Notes: generated from the letters alone by a model not told the origin. DNA of 64,000 nucleotides from an uncultured Rikenellaceae bacterium (GCA_964389685.1 CAYMFM010000002.1:97909-161908); one strand, 5' to 3'. Positions 9,544-18,989 are shown, numbered from the stretch's first letter. Program-made: numbers and translations.

Positions 9544-10473
9544 TTATCGTCTGTATTTCTTATCCTGATTTTCCAGCAGACTGCGGTAACTTTTATACCG
9601 GGAGGGGCTTATTTTACCAGATTTCAAGGCTTCTATAACAGCACAATTGGGTTCATTTATGTGCAGGCAGTTGTAATATTTACACCCTTTGGAAAAGCGG
9701 AATATTTCGGGGAAGAAGTGATAGATCTCTTCCCGCTCCATGTCAATCACCCCGAACCCCTTTATTCCCGGGGTGTCGATAACATAACCCCCAAATACCA
9801 GCGGATGCATTTCTGTGTACGTAGTGGTATGTTTCCCTGTTTTGTGATAACTGGAAACGCCTTCCGTTTTGATTTGCAATTCAGGGTCGACCGCATTGAT
9901 GAGCGATGATTTGCCAACTCCCGATTTACCTGAAATGACATTGACGTTATCCTTCAACAGGGTGCGGAATGCTTCGATATTTTGTCCCTTCACGACCGAT
10001 GTTTCAAGACAGGGATAACCAATCTGCTCATACATTTGTTTCAATTGATCAACCTGCTTTTGCAGATCTTCATTATAGAGGTCCATTTTATTAATGATCA
10101 GGTGAACCGGTATCCGGTATGCTTCGGCGGAGGCAAGAAAGCGGTCAATGAATTCGAAGGGCGTTTCGGGAGATGCCAGGGTAATGACCAGGAGCGCCTG
10201 ATCAATATTTGCAGCAATGATTTGATATTGACGGGAAAGGTTTGAAGCCCTTCGTATGATATAATTTTTACGGGGCAGGATCTCTTGTATCACACCCTGC
10301 TTTCCTGCTGGTTCAGGATCAATCGTTACGTGGTCACCCACAGCAACGGGATTTGTCATACGGGCACCCTGTAACCGGAATGTCCCTTTTATCTTACATT
10401 CCAGCAGAGTTCCATCCTCTTTTTTTACGGTGTGCCAGCTTCCCGTTGATTTTATGACCAGTCCTTTTTCCAA
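9544..10473 (-). CDS. rsgA: ribosome small-subunit-dependent GTPase A
   Basis: OB-fold N-terminus, circularly permuted GTPase (NKMDL ... GKSGVGKSSLINA) and a C-terminal Zn-finger Cys cluster (CKYYNCLHINEPNC). Confidence 0.9.
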   Translation of the reverse strand: MEKGLVIKSTGSWHTVKKEDGTLLECKIKGTFRLQGARMTNPVAVGDHVTIDPEPAGKQGVIQEILPRKNYIIRRASNLSRQYQIIAANIDQALLVITLASPETPFEFIDRFLASAEAYRIPVHLIINKMDLYNEDLQKQVDQLKQMYEQIGYPCLETSVVKGQNIEAFRTLLKDNVNVISGKSGVGKSSLINAVDPELQIKTEGVSSYHKTGKHTTTYTEMHPLVFGGYVIDTPGIKGFGVIDMEREEIYHFFPEIFRFSKGCKYYNCLHINEPNCAVIEALKSGKISPSRYKSYRSLLENQDKKYRR

Positions 10474-10560
10474 CGATCACGGATTTGCACAAAAATACAT
10501 TGAACCACACTGAAATACAAACATGATATCGGGTTTGTTAAGAAATGGTGTTTGCGGTTT

Positions 10561-11934
10561 TTACCGGAGCAATTGCTTCAACAGGTTTTCATTTCGGTTT
10601 GTATAGGGAGGGTACCGGATTGGGAAATCAAACCGATTCGTTTTCTTCAGAATGGATTTGTAGTTGGTGAATGTCTCGAAGCTCTTTTTCCCGTGATATT
10701 TGCCCATTCCACTTTCTCCGACTCCGCCAAAAGGAAGGTGGGAATTGATGAAATGAATCACCGTATCATTCAGGGTAGCAGTCCCAAAAGAGACCTCGTT
10801 CAATAACCGTTTTTGCAGTGCCCGGTTATTGGTGAAGAGGTAAAACGCCAGGGGATTTGGGTGCCGTTTTATGATTTCAATTGCCTCTTCAATGCGGGTG
10901 TATGTCAGTACCGGTAGCACGGGACCGAACACCTCACTCTCCATGATGGGATCATCGGGATGAAGGTCATCAATCACAGTTGGAGCGATGTATTTTTCAT
11001 TCGGGTTTATTGTCCCGCCCGTTACAATCCTTCCTGCTGATATGAGGTTTTGTAACCGTTCGGTGTTCGCCCGGTTCACCACCCTGGGGTAGTCAGGGCT
11101 GAGTTGGGGATTTTCGCCGTAGAAATCCCGGATAAAATGGATCAGCTTTTCGAGGAATGCATCTTTAATCTCCTGGTGGATGAGCAAATAATCGGGAGCA
11201 ACACAGGATTGTCCGGCATTAAAAAACTTACCCCATGTAATTCGTTTGGCAGATAGCGAAATCGGCGCATCGTTGTGTACGATACAGGGATTTTTCCCAC
11301 CCAGTTCCAGTGTAACTGGTGTCAGGTTTCCGGCAGCCTTTTCCAGGATGATCCTTCCAACCCGGGAGCTGCCGGTAAAAAAGATATAATCGTATTTTTC
11401 TTCCAGGAGTGCATGATTCATTTCATGACCGCCTTTAAAAAACGCTATGTATTGAGGATCGAAGTGGTGGATCATCTCTCCCATCACTGAAGCAGTATGC
11501 GGGGTATGCTGGGAGGGTTTAAGCACCACACAATTGCCGGCAGAGAGTGCACCGATCAGGGGAGTAAATGCCAGCTGGAAAGGGAAATTCCAGGGAGAAA
11601 ATATCAATACCCTGCCATACGGTTCCGGGTAAATAAAACTTGTTGAATAGAAATGCAGCAGGGGTGTTCTGACCCGTCTGGGTTTTGACCACTTTTTTAT
11701 TTTCCGGATGTGCAGGTTCAGCTCCTGGAGTACGAAACCAACCTCTCCGGCATATGCCTCAAATGCCGGTTTGTGCAGGTCTGCCCACAAGGCATCATAC
11801 AATCGGTTTTGATGAGAAAGGATAAGCTGTTTCATCTTCTTCAGGTTATCCAGCCTGAAGCCCACCGCTTTGGTCTTGTGGGTATTAAAAAACTCTTCCT
11901 GGATTTTATTGATACGGCTGATCTCTTTTTTCAT
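10561..11934 (-). CDS. aldehyde dehydrogenase family protein (class 3-like)
   Basis: Motifs ELGGKNP and catalytic GQSCVAPDY, with a length typical of the ALDH3 type. The ATG at 11934 is preferred over the TTG at 11952. Either start overlaps the upstream GMC gene. Confidence 0.85.
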   Translation of the reverse strand: MKKEISRINKIQEEFFNTHKTKAVGFRLDNLKKMKQLILSHQNRLYDALWADLHKPAFEAYAGEVGFVLQELNLHIRKIKKWSKPRRVRTPLLHFYSTSFIYPEPYGRVLIFSPWNFPFQLAFTPLIGALSAGNCVVLKPSQHTPHTASVMGEMIHHFDPQYIAFFKGGHEMNHALLEEKYDYIFFTGSSRVGRIILEKAAGNLTPVTLELGGKNPCIVHNDAPISLSAKRITWGKFFNAGQSCVAPDYLLIHQEIKDAFLEKLIHFIRDFYGENPQLSPDYPRVVNRANTERLQNLISAGRIVTGGTINPNEKYIAPTVIDDLHPDDPIMESEVFGPVLPVLTYTRIEEAIEIIKRHPNPLAFYLFTNNRALQKRLLNEVSFGTATLNDTVIHFINSHLPFGGVGESGMGKYHGKKSFETFTNYKSILKKTNRFDFPIRYPPYTNRNENLLKQLLR

Positions 11935-13549
11935 CGGTCGTGTTTTTTGCAAGGGTTACCTCTTCTTCAATCGGGCGAATGGAATTGCCTGGTTTTTCCG
12001 GAATCCGGGCCATCGCGTATTCAGCCAGTGCCGTGATGGTATAGCTGGGATTCACTCCCAGATTACCCTGGATGACTGATCCGTCAATAATCAGCATGTT
12101 GGGGTATCCATGCACCTCAAACCGTTCATTAACAACACCCGATTGTTTGTCCCGCCCCATCGGGCAACCACCGAGAATATGAGCAGTTGTCGGCCGGTTC
12201 AGGAAAACTTCGAGTGTTATATTTTGAGCAATACCTCCCGCTTTTTCAGCATATTTCTCCATGACCTGCTGGCCAATATCGATGTAGGCAGGGACCTTCT
12301 TCTCCCCGGTATTCCGGATTGCCATTCTTTTTTTGAACAGGCCCCTCTTCCACTCCACTTTCATGCAGTTGTCGATGGTTTGCATCACAAGAAAAATAAC
12401 AAGGTTGGTCGACCAGTTGAAATTAAAAACGGTTTTTAAGAAGTGCACAGGATGGGACAGGGTTTTATACAGCAGCATTAATCCACGGATTAACGAGTTT
12501 CTGGCTCCGGGAACAGAGAGGGCAAAAAACCATTTCATGGCATTGGAACCATCTGGATACTTGACGATTTCAATGTGTGTGTCCCGGTCCGGATTAATGA
12601 TGGAAGAGATGGGAATACCATTGTTCAGTTTTTCCCGGGCGCCTGAAACAGCGCACAACGTTTGTGAATTGGTCCTTAGCTCGTCTCCCAACCGTTCCGA
12701 TAACAGGGGAAGGGTTTTGTATTTATGTTTCTGCTTCAGGAGCAGGTTCAGTGTGCCCAGTGATCCGCCGGAAACGATAATACCCCTGGATGTGAATACA
12801 CTTCGGTTTTTCCTGAATGATTTCGTTACGGAACGTGTATGGATCTCATACTGGGTGTTCCGGTAAAGAATTTTCTCTACCTGTGTTTCCGGCAGGATCC
12901 TGACTCCCAGTTTCTCTGCGAAATAGAGGTAATTCTTATCCAGGCTGTTCTTGGCATTCTCGCGGCAACCCACCATACAACCGGCACACTCCGTGCACCC
13001 CTTCCGCTTCGGTCCGAGTCCATGGAAATAGGGATCTTTCTCCTGTTCGGTGTCCCCAAAATAGACCCCAACATCAACCCGCTCAAAGGTCTCTTCGCAC
13101 GCGAAATCTTTTGCCACTTCTAACAGGAGCTGATCTTCAGCATTGAGTTTATCGTAATGCGTTCTGCCGAGCATGACCCCGGCTTTATGGTAAAACGGTT
13201 CAAGGACCGTTTTCCAGTCGTTAAAGGCATTCCATGACGGGTTGTTGAAAAATTCATCCGGGGGGATCACCAGGGTATTTGCATAGACCAGGCTCCCACC
13301 ACCTACCCCGATGCCGGTAAGGATGCTTGCTTCCCTGTAAAAGGAGAGTTTCTGAATGCCGAACAGGCGCAATCCCGGAACCCATAAATACTTTCGAAGG
13401 TTCCAGTTGGTTTTGGGGAAATCCCCTGAACCATAGCGCTTCCCCTGTTCAATGACCAGGACAGAATAGCCCTTTTCTGCGAGACGCAGTGCAGTAACAC
13501 TGCCTCCAAAACCGGATCCGATAACAATATAGTCGCAGGCTTGATCCAT
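11906..13549 (-). CDS. GMC-family FAD-dependent oxidoreductase
   Basis: N-terminal Rossmann motif DYIVIGSGFGGS and a C-terminal GMC-type segment (AHILGGCPMG ... IIDGSV). Confidence 0.8.
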   Translation of the reverse strand: MDQACDYIVIGSGFGGSVTALRLAEKGYSVLVIEQGKRYGSGDFPKTNWNLRKYLWVPGLRLFGIQKLSFYREASILTGIGVGGGSLVYANTLVIPPDEFFNNPSWNAFNDWKTVLEPFYHKAGVMLGRTHYDKLNAEDQLLLEVAKDFACEETFERVDVGVYFGDTEQEKDPYFHGLGPKRKGCTECAGCMVGCRENAKNSLDKNYLYFAEKLGVRILPETQVEKILYRNTQYEIHTRSVTKSFRKNRSVFTSRGIIVSGGSLGTLNLLLKQKHKYKTLPLLSERLGDELRTNSQTLCAVSGAREKLNNGIPISSIINPDRDTHIEIVKYPDGSNAMKWFFALSVPGARNSLIRGLMLLYKTLSHPVHFLKTVFNFNWSTNLVIFLVMQTIDNCMKVEWKRGLFKKRMAIRNTGEKKVPAYIDIGQQVMEKYAEKAGGIAQNITLEVFLNRPTTAHILGGCPMGRDKQSGVVNERFEVHGYPNMLIIDGSVIQGNLGVNPSYTITALAEYAMARIPEKPGNSIRPIEEEVTLAKNTTDEKRDQPYQ

Positions 13550-13687
13550 TCACCGGGTGATAAGGAATGGAATAAAAATAGGAAATATTTGATTTATTCT
13601 GGCAAATCCATCCGGATCTCTCTGCAATATAGATGAGTCGAATTGATGCAATTATTATGAACGTTTGGCATATTGCGGTCCATGGGA

Positions 13688-13836
13688 GAATTTCCCAGTG
13701 GGAAATTCAGTTTTGCCAAAGGCCCGCCTGCCGGTCGGGCAGGCATCCCTTCGGGACAGTTCTCGATTCTCAGTTTTTATGAAACTTATAACTTATCAAC
13801 CAATAACTTATAACAGATCCCGCTTTGTAGCGGGAT
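13688..13836. repeat. cluster of three short perfect hairpins (REP-like)
   Basis: gaatttccc-agt-gggaaattc (13688-13708), gcctgcc-ggtcg-ggcaggc (13726-13744) and atcccgc-tttgta-gcgggat (13817-13836). Shares cccgcctgccgg and ataacttatcaac with the 16.7-16.9 kb repeats. Confidence 0.7.
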
Positions 13837-13890
13837 AAGTTCGACATTCATTTTTCACTTCAGCATTGCTTTTTGAAAAATGTGCCTCAC

Positions 13891-16344
13891 TTACTCATAC
13901 CGTATTGCATCCACCGGGTTGGCATTCGCAGCTCGGATGGACAGCAAGCTAACGGTGATCATTGCAATGATGACTGAAACCAGGGTTGCCAGGATAAACG
14001 GGATCAGGGTAAACCAGACAAAAGGAGATATGGAAAAATCGATCCGGTAGGCAAAATCCTGCAACCAGTGTACCATTGCAAGATAGGATATTGGCCATGC
14101 AATGATGTTCGCGATGATTACCAGGAGTAAGAAATCTTTATTGAGCATCCAGGTAATAATCCCACTGGTGGCTCCCATCACTTTCCGAATTCCAATTTCC
14201 CTTGTTCGCTGCTGGGTGCTAAATGAAGTAAGACCGAGCAACCCAAGGCATGAAATGAAAATGGTCAACAGGGCAAAGATGGTGAACAGGTAGCTCAGTT
14301 TCTGTTCTGAGGAATACATTTCGTCGAGTTTCTCGGTGAAGAAGAAATAATTGAACGGTAGAGTATTTCCCAGTTCAATGCGTTTTTCCTTGATGTATTC
14401 TATTGTTTCTGCTGTGTTGTCTTCAGTGATACGCACATAGAAATTCAGATTAGGATTTTCGCTCACCATAAAGATAAACGGCTCGATGGTATTATGAATG
14501 GAGGAGAAATGGAAATCCTTAACCACACCGATAACCACCCCGTCGTTGTGGGCTGTTCCGTCGGCTGGATTTATGCCGAACCGTACCCGTTTTCCCAGGG
14601 CTTCATCACCCCAGCCGAGGGCTTTTGTACCGGTCTCGTTGATGACGAATGCCTGGGTCAGATCTGTTGTTCTCTCCTCTTCAAAATAGCGTCCTTCCAG
14701 TAACTCGATCCCCATGACATCGAGGAAGTCATGATCGACAATGGAAAAATTGAGAGCCAGCTCAACCATACCTTCCCCTTGTTCTACCTGGAAGACCACC
14801 TTGGTTGCCATTCTCGGAGGAATTAAAATAGCAGAAGAAACCCCTTGAATGTGCGGATTTTTTAACAACTCCTCTTTGAAAGTCCTCAACTGGTTGTGGA
14901 TGAAGGTTGTATCGCGGTTGGGAATCAACAACAGGTTTTCTTTATTCATCCCCAGGTCTTTATTCCGGATAAAGCGCTGCTGGCTGGAAACGACAATGGT
15001 ACCAATGATCAACGCCACGGATAATATGAACTGGAAAACAACCAGGATCTTTCGCAGCAATCCTTTTCCCTCACCGGGCAGGGTTCCTTTCAGAACCTTT
15101 ACCGGTAAAAAGGAGGAGAGGTAAAATGAGGGATAGCTACCAGAAACGATACCCACAAAAAGAGTAATCAGCAATACTGAAAAAATGGTGAATGGTTTAA
15201 ACAGGTCGGATACCATAATATCTTTCCCTGCCAGTGTATTGAAATAGGGAAGGATCAATATGGTAAAGATAAGTGATAGGATCAGTGCAATGATGGATAA
15301 AACAACCGATTCACTCAGGAACTGGCGGATCAGGAATACACGCTGTGCGCCGATAACCTTGCGTAATCCTACTTCCTTTGCGCGGTTTGTGGAACGGGCA
15401 GTGGCCATGTTCATGTAATTAACACAGGCAATGATCAGCATGAAAACACCGACAAGGGAGAAGATGATGATGTAATTGAAGTTTCCCACGGGAAGATCAA
15501 ATTCAAGGGTGGATCCGAAATGCACCTGGTCCAGCCGGGTTGACATCAGGTTAAAACTGGCATTGATCTGGTTCCCGAGAGAAGCCATATATTTTTCGTA
15601 AAAATCAGGAAATTTTTCATGGAGCCCATCCATGGTGGCATTCTCATGTAACAAAACATAGGCAAATACTGAAACGTTCCAGAAGGAACCGGCACTACGG
15701 TCATTGAAACGCTCCGTACCATAAAGCTCCACAACGGTTGCCATCGACAGGAGGCAGTCAAAGGTAAGGTGGGAATTGGACGGGACATTTTTAATCACAC
15801 CCGTAACCCGGAAGTCTCCAAAGTTGCTTGAGGTCAGTACTTCGCCGATTGGATTTGCATCTCCGAAATAACGCTTTGAAAAGCTGTCAGTGATCACGAT
15901 GGTATTTGGCTCATCCAGGGCATGGTCAGGAGATCCGAATATAAACTTGTGAGTGAATACGTCAAAGACCGTTGAATCGGTGAAATAGATGTTGTCTTCG
16001 TAAAACTTTTTATCCCCGTAGCTGAACAGGATATCCTCCAACCCAAATCCGGCAAAGCGTGCATACTTCTCTATTTCCGGGTATTCATCCATCAGGGTCG
16101 GTGCCATGGGCATGGGGACAAGGGCAGCCAGCGTGTTTTTCCCGGAGATGGTGAAATCGGATTCCAGGCGGTAGATCCGTTCGTAGTTCACATGGTGTTT
16201 GTCGAACGTCAGTTCTTTCTGAACATAGAGAAAGATCAGGATCGCACTGATCATGCCGATCGCAAGGCCGGCAATGTTGATGGCAGAATAGAATTTGTTG
16301 CGGGCTATATTTCTATAGGCGCTGATGATGTAATTTTTAAGCAT
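13891..16344 (-). CDS. ABC transporter permease, FtsX/MacB-like (duplicated FtsX domains)
   Basis: N-terminal MLKNYI..AYRNI.RNK motif. It has a TM segment, a large periplasmic domain and 3 TM segments, and this arrangement occurs twice. The size (817 aa) is typical of Bacteroidota FtsX-like permeases. Confidence 0.85.
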   Translation of the reverse strand: MLKNYIISAYRNIARNKFYSAINIAGLAIGMISAILIFLYVQKELTFDKHHVNYERIYRLESDFTISGKNTLAALVPMPMAPTLMDEYPEIEKYARFAGFGLEDILFSYGDKKFYEDNIYFTDSTVFDVFTHKFIFGSPDHALDEPNTIVITDSFSKRYFGDANPIGEVLTSSNFGDFRVTGVIKNVPSNSHLTFDCLLSMATVVELYGTERFNDRSAGSFWNVSVFAYVLLHENATMDGLHEKFPDFYEKYMASLGNQINASFNLMSTRLDQVHFGSTLEFDLPVGNFNYIIIFSLVGVFMLIIACVNYMNMATARSTNRAKEVGLRKVIGAQRVFLIRQFLSESVVLSIIALILSLIFTILILPYFNTLAGKDIMVSDLFKPFTIFSVLLITLFVGIVSGSYPSFYLSSFLPVKVLKGTLPGEGKGLLRKILVVFQFILSVALIIGTIVVSSQQRFIRNKDLGMNKENLLLIPNRDTTFIHNQLRTFKEELLKNPHIQGVSSAILIPPRMATKVVFQVEQGEGMVELALNFSIVDHDFLDVMGIELLEGRYFEEERTTDLTQAFVINETGTKALGWGDEALGKRVRFGINPADGTAHNDGVVIGVVKDFHFSSIHNTIEPFIFMVSENPNLNFYVRITEDNTAETIEYIKEKRIELGNTLPFNYFFFTEKLDEMYSSEQKLSYLFTIFALLTIFISCLGLLGLTSFSTQQRTREIGIRKVMGATSGIITWMLNKDFLLLVIIANIIAWPISYLAMVHWLQDFAYRIDFSISPFVWFTLIPFILATLVSVIIAMITVSLLSIRAANANPVDAIRYE

Positions 16345-16626
16345 CGATTTCGGTATTGGTTTGATTGAATCGAAAAAAATATCAACGATTGTACCATAAT
16401 TTTTAATATATTATTATTCAAAGAGATATAGTGAACCCAGGGTTTTTTGGTTTCGCTGTTTTCGTTCGGAAATGGAACAGGGGTGTGCGGTTTTGGACAG
16501 GGTAAGATTTAGAGAATAGATAGTTACAGAGTCATACGATGACTCAACATATTTTCAATGGTTTGTTCATCGGACTTCTTCATTTGAAGATTAGGTAAGC
16601 AACGTGCTAACCATTACCACACAGTA

Positions 16627-16794
16627 GGGGGTGTATCAAAAATCAAATTTTTAGTCATCCTGTCCATAGGACTCCGGAGAATTTGATTCAGGATCTTATA
16701 ATCCTGATTATTAACGCATTGAGATTCTGAAATACCCGCCTGCCGGCAGGCAGGAATTCAGAATGACGATCTTGCGGACTTTTGATACACCCCC
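16627..16794. repeat. 168 bp MITE-like element bounded by 15 bp perfect terminal inverted repeats
   Basis: gggggtgtatcaaaa (16627-16641) and ttttgatacaccccc (16780-16794). Internal hairpins are tcaggat/atcctga (16688-16707) and nested attctgaa...cctgcc-ggca-ggcagg...ttcagaat (16724-16764). Confidence 0.7.
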
Positions 16795-16795
16795 A

Positions 16796-16845
16796 AACGA
16801 ACCAGCCCGCCAGACCGATGTTCTATCGGGCCGGGAGGTTCGTTC
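16796..16845. repeat. imperfect ~50 nt palindrome
   Basis: Outer 8 bp stem aacgaacc/ggttcgtt (16796-16803 / 16837-16844) and inner 5 bp stem ccgat/atcgg (16815-16819 / 16825-16829). Confidence 0.55.
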
Positions 16846-16872
16846 TACTTGTTAAAATGATTCCTATGAACC

Positions 16873-16989
16873 TATCAACTTATCCCGTAGGTGCCATAGC
16901 CATGCCCATGGCAGATGCCTACGGCATAACTTATCAACTTATCCCGTAGGTGGCATAGCCATGCCCATGGCAGATGCCCACGGCATAAC
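16873..16989. repeat. tandem direct repeat, 2 x 59 bp, each unit a long hairpin
   Basis: The unit tatcaacttatcccgtaggtgScatagccatgcccatggcagatgccYacggcataac occurs at 16873 and 16932, with 2 mismatches between copies. Internal pairing is ccgtagg/cctacgg and tgccat/atggca. Confidence 0.85.
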
Positions 16990-17006
16990 AATTAACATGA
17001 AAATTT

Positions 17007-18989
17007 CTAATTTTCATCCACCGGCAGGTTCATTTTTTTCAGGAGTGCAATATACCGGGGCTCATTTTTAAGCTCAGGGTACATTTTACCGAACAGTTTC
17101 AAATAGGGTAAATTTTGATCATGTATTTCATATCCCTTTTCGAAATAATCCAGTGCTTTGGTGATATTGGAAATTCTTAAGAAAAGCGAAGCTAAATATG
17201 CAGGAGGGAAAAATGCTCCTTCTTGAAGTGATTTCTCAACATCGGATAGTAAAAGTTTCAATGCAGAAGAATAACCGTTATTTTGATATTCTTCCATAAT
17301 TTTTTTTAACGGTCTGATATGAACATAATTAGTAAGCAGGGTCCATAAATTTTCTATAGCTTTTAAATAGCTCCCATTATAATAATAGGCCTCTTCTGAT
17401 TGCATAAAGGCAAATGGATGGCCGGGATCTAATTCCAGGGCTTTTTCTAACTTTTTAACACCTTCCTGAGCGTTGTCCGTGTAGACATCAACAGTTGCAG
17501 CAAGGGCCAGCACCAAAGGATCGAAGGGATCTATAGTTACAGCTTTGTCTGCCTGGAAGAGGGCTTCATCAAACCTGCCCAGCATAGCTAAGAGATGAGC
17601 ATAATAAATCCTTGATTTTACATCGTTTGGATTTAAGTCCAGTGCCTTTTTAAATTCTTTTTCTGCGGTATCCCAGTCCCATTCCACCCAGGCAGCGGAA
17701 ACTGCATTTGTATAATGGGCTCCGGGATAATCAGGATCCAGTTCTAAGGCTTTACTTCGGTTCTTAAAGATAATGGGCATTCCCTCACCCGGCAACATGG
17801 CACCCATTTGCACCATTCCCTGGGCAGTCTGGGCAATACCGGCATAGGGTGGAGCCCATTCTGGTTCTATTTCAATCGCAGTTTCAAAGTAATTCATGGC
17901 CTTTTGAAGATCTTCAAATCCCAGCCTGTCCCAGTACTGGAGCCCCTTCAGATATGCATCATATGCTTCCTTGTCAATTGACCTGGAACCGGTGAGTAAA
18001 TTCTCTTCTTCAGGTGTCAGTGAAACTTTCACCTCTTCAGCGATCTGTATTGTTATCTGGTTATACAGATTCAGTATCTGGCTAATTTCTCTTTTATAGT
18101 CGCCTATCCAGAGTTGTCTTTCTTCCTGGCCTGCATTTATTAATCTCAATATAATGTTAATACTGTCACCTGCTGATATCAGATCACCCTCAATGATTGC
18201 GTCAACATTCAGTTCGGAGGCTATTTCAGAAACTGTCATATCAGCGTTCTTGTATTTATTGGATGACGTTGAGCCAATGATTCTGAGATTGCCAACTTTC
18301 CCCATATTTGTAATCAGTGAGGAGTGTAATCCTGCAATCAGATATTCCGGCACCTCATTACCAGTGTAATTTTCAAACGGAAGTATGGCAATTGATTCTA
18401 TTGACTCCTGCATTTTGTTCTGGTTACTACCTAAAACTTTAATCAGAATAAGTGAAACAATAACTGCGATTACCAGGACAATAGAAGAAGTAATTACAAC
18501 TGTTTTCCTTTTCTTACCGGCATTCCTTTTTTGAATTGCTGCTCTTTTATCAGACTCCGATGGGCTATCTACGGTTTGAGAATGATCACCAGTTTTCTCA
18601 GCATAAGAATAGTACCATTCAATTACCGTGGTAAGATCGAGAATCACTGGTCTTACCTGTTTGGGGTCAAAGTCCTTGGGATGAGAACCAAATGTCGACA
18701 GGCTGTTTAAGTGATGCATCGACACAATAATATTGTTCGGCACTTTGTCTTCCCTGTTCAGCTTATCGATAATTCCTTTGAGCGGCTCGGTCCCCCGTGG
18801 TCTTTTCAGTTCACGTTCACAGAGATCCGTGATGATCACCTCAAGGCACCTTCGGGCATACACCAGCACAATGTTCTCATCATCGGTCTTGACCAGCTTT
18901 TCAAGTTCCCTGTCCAGCCTGGGCTGTTGACCTTTGCACGAAGCGTGGAGCTTCTCCAGATCCTTGATTTCAGAAGACCAGATTGTCAT
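17007..18989 (-). CDS. membrane-anchored TPR protein with N-terminal DUF4145-like helical domain
   Basis: The first roughly 130 aa resemble DUF4145 (LVYARRCLEVIITDL...KGIIDKL...VPNNIIVSMHHLNSLSTFGSHP). There is a single TM segment (VVITSSIVLVIAVIVSLILI). Next comes a TolB-N-like module (SIAILPFENYTG...YLIAGLHSSLITNMGKV), then TPR repeats to the C-terminus. Confidence 0.6.
   Translation of the reverse strand: MTIWSSEIKDLEKLHASCKGQQPRLDRELEKLVKTDDENIVLVYARRCLEVIITDLCERELKRPRGTEPLKGIIDKLNREDKVPNNIIVSMHHLNSLSTFGSHPKDFDPKQVRPVILDLTTVIEWYYSYAEKTGDHSQTVDSPSESDKRAAIQKRNAGKKRKTVVITSSIVLVIAVIVSLILIKVLGSNQNKMQESIESIAILPFENYTGNEVPEYLIAGLHSSLITNMGKVGNLRIIGSTSSNKYKNADMTVSEIASELNVDAIIEGDLISAGDSINIILRLINAGQEERQLWIGDYKREISQILNLYNQITIQIAEEVKVSLTPEEENLLTGSRSIDKEAYDAYLKGLQYWDRLGFEDLQKAMNYFETAIEIEPEWAPPYAGIAQTAQGMVQMGAMLPGEGMPIIFKNRSKALELDPDYPGAHYTNAVSAAWVEWDWDTAEKEFKKALDLNPNDVKSRIYYAHLLAMLGRFDEALFQADKAVTIDPFDPLVLALAATVDVYTDNAQEGVKKLEKALELDPGHPFAFMQSEEAYYYNGSYLKAIENLWTLLTNYVHIRPLKKIMEEYQNNGYSSALKLLLSDVEKSLQEGAFFPPAYLASLFLRISNITKALDYFEKGYEIHDQNLPYLKLFGKMYPELKNEPRYIALLKKMNLPVDEN

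Noticed and set aside
12333-12866. 177 aa plus-strand ORF inside the GMC oxidoreductase gene
   Set aside because: It is antisense to a CDS with a clear FAD-binding and GMC C-terminal signature, and it has no independent support.
16534-16590. 19-codon minus-strand mini-ORF (MKKSDEQTIENMLSHRMTL) in the repeat-rich spacer
   Set aside because: It has no recognisable ribosome-binding or promoter context. It overlaps a 7 bp hairpin (gagtcat/atgactc), and ORFs of this size are expected by chance.
16873-16989. The 2 x 59 bp direct repeat as a possible CRISPR array
   Set aside because: There are only two units. They abut with no spacer, each unit is a long hairpin, and no cas genes occur in the window.
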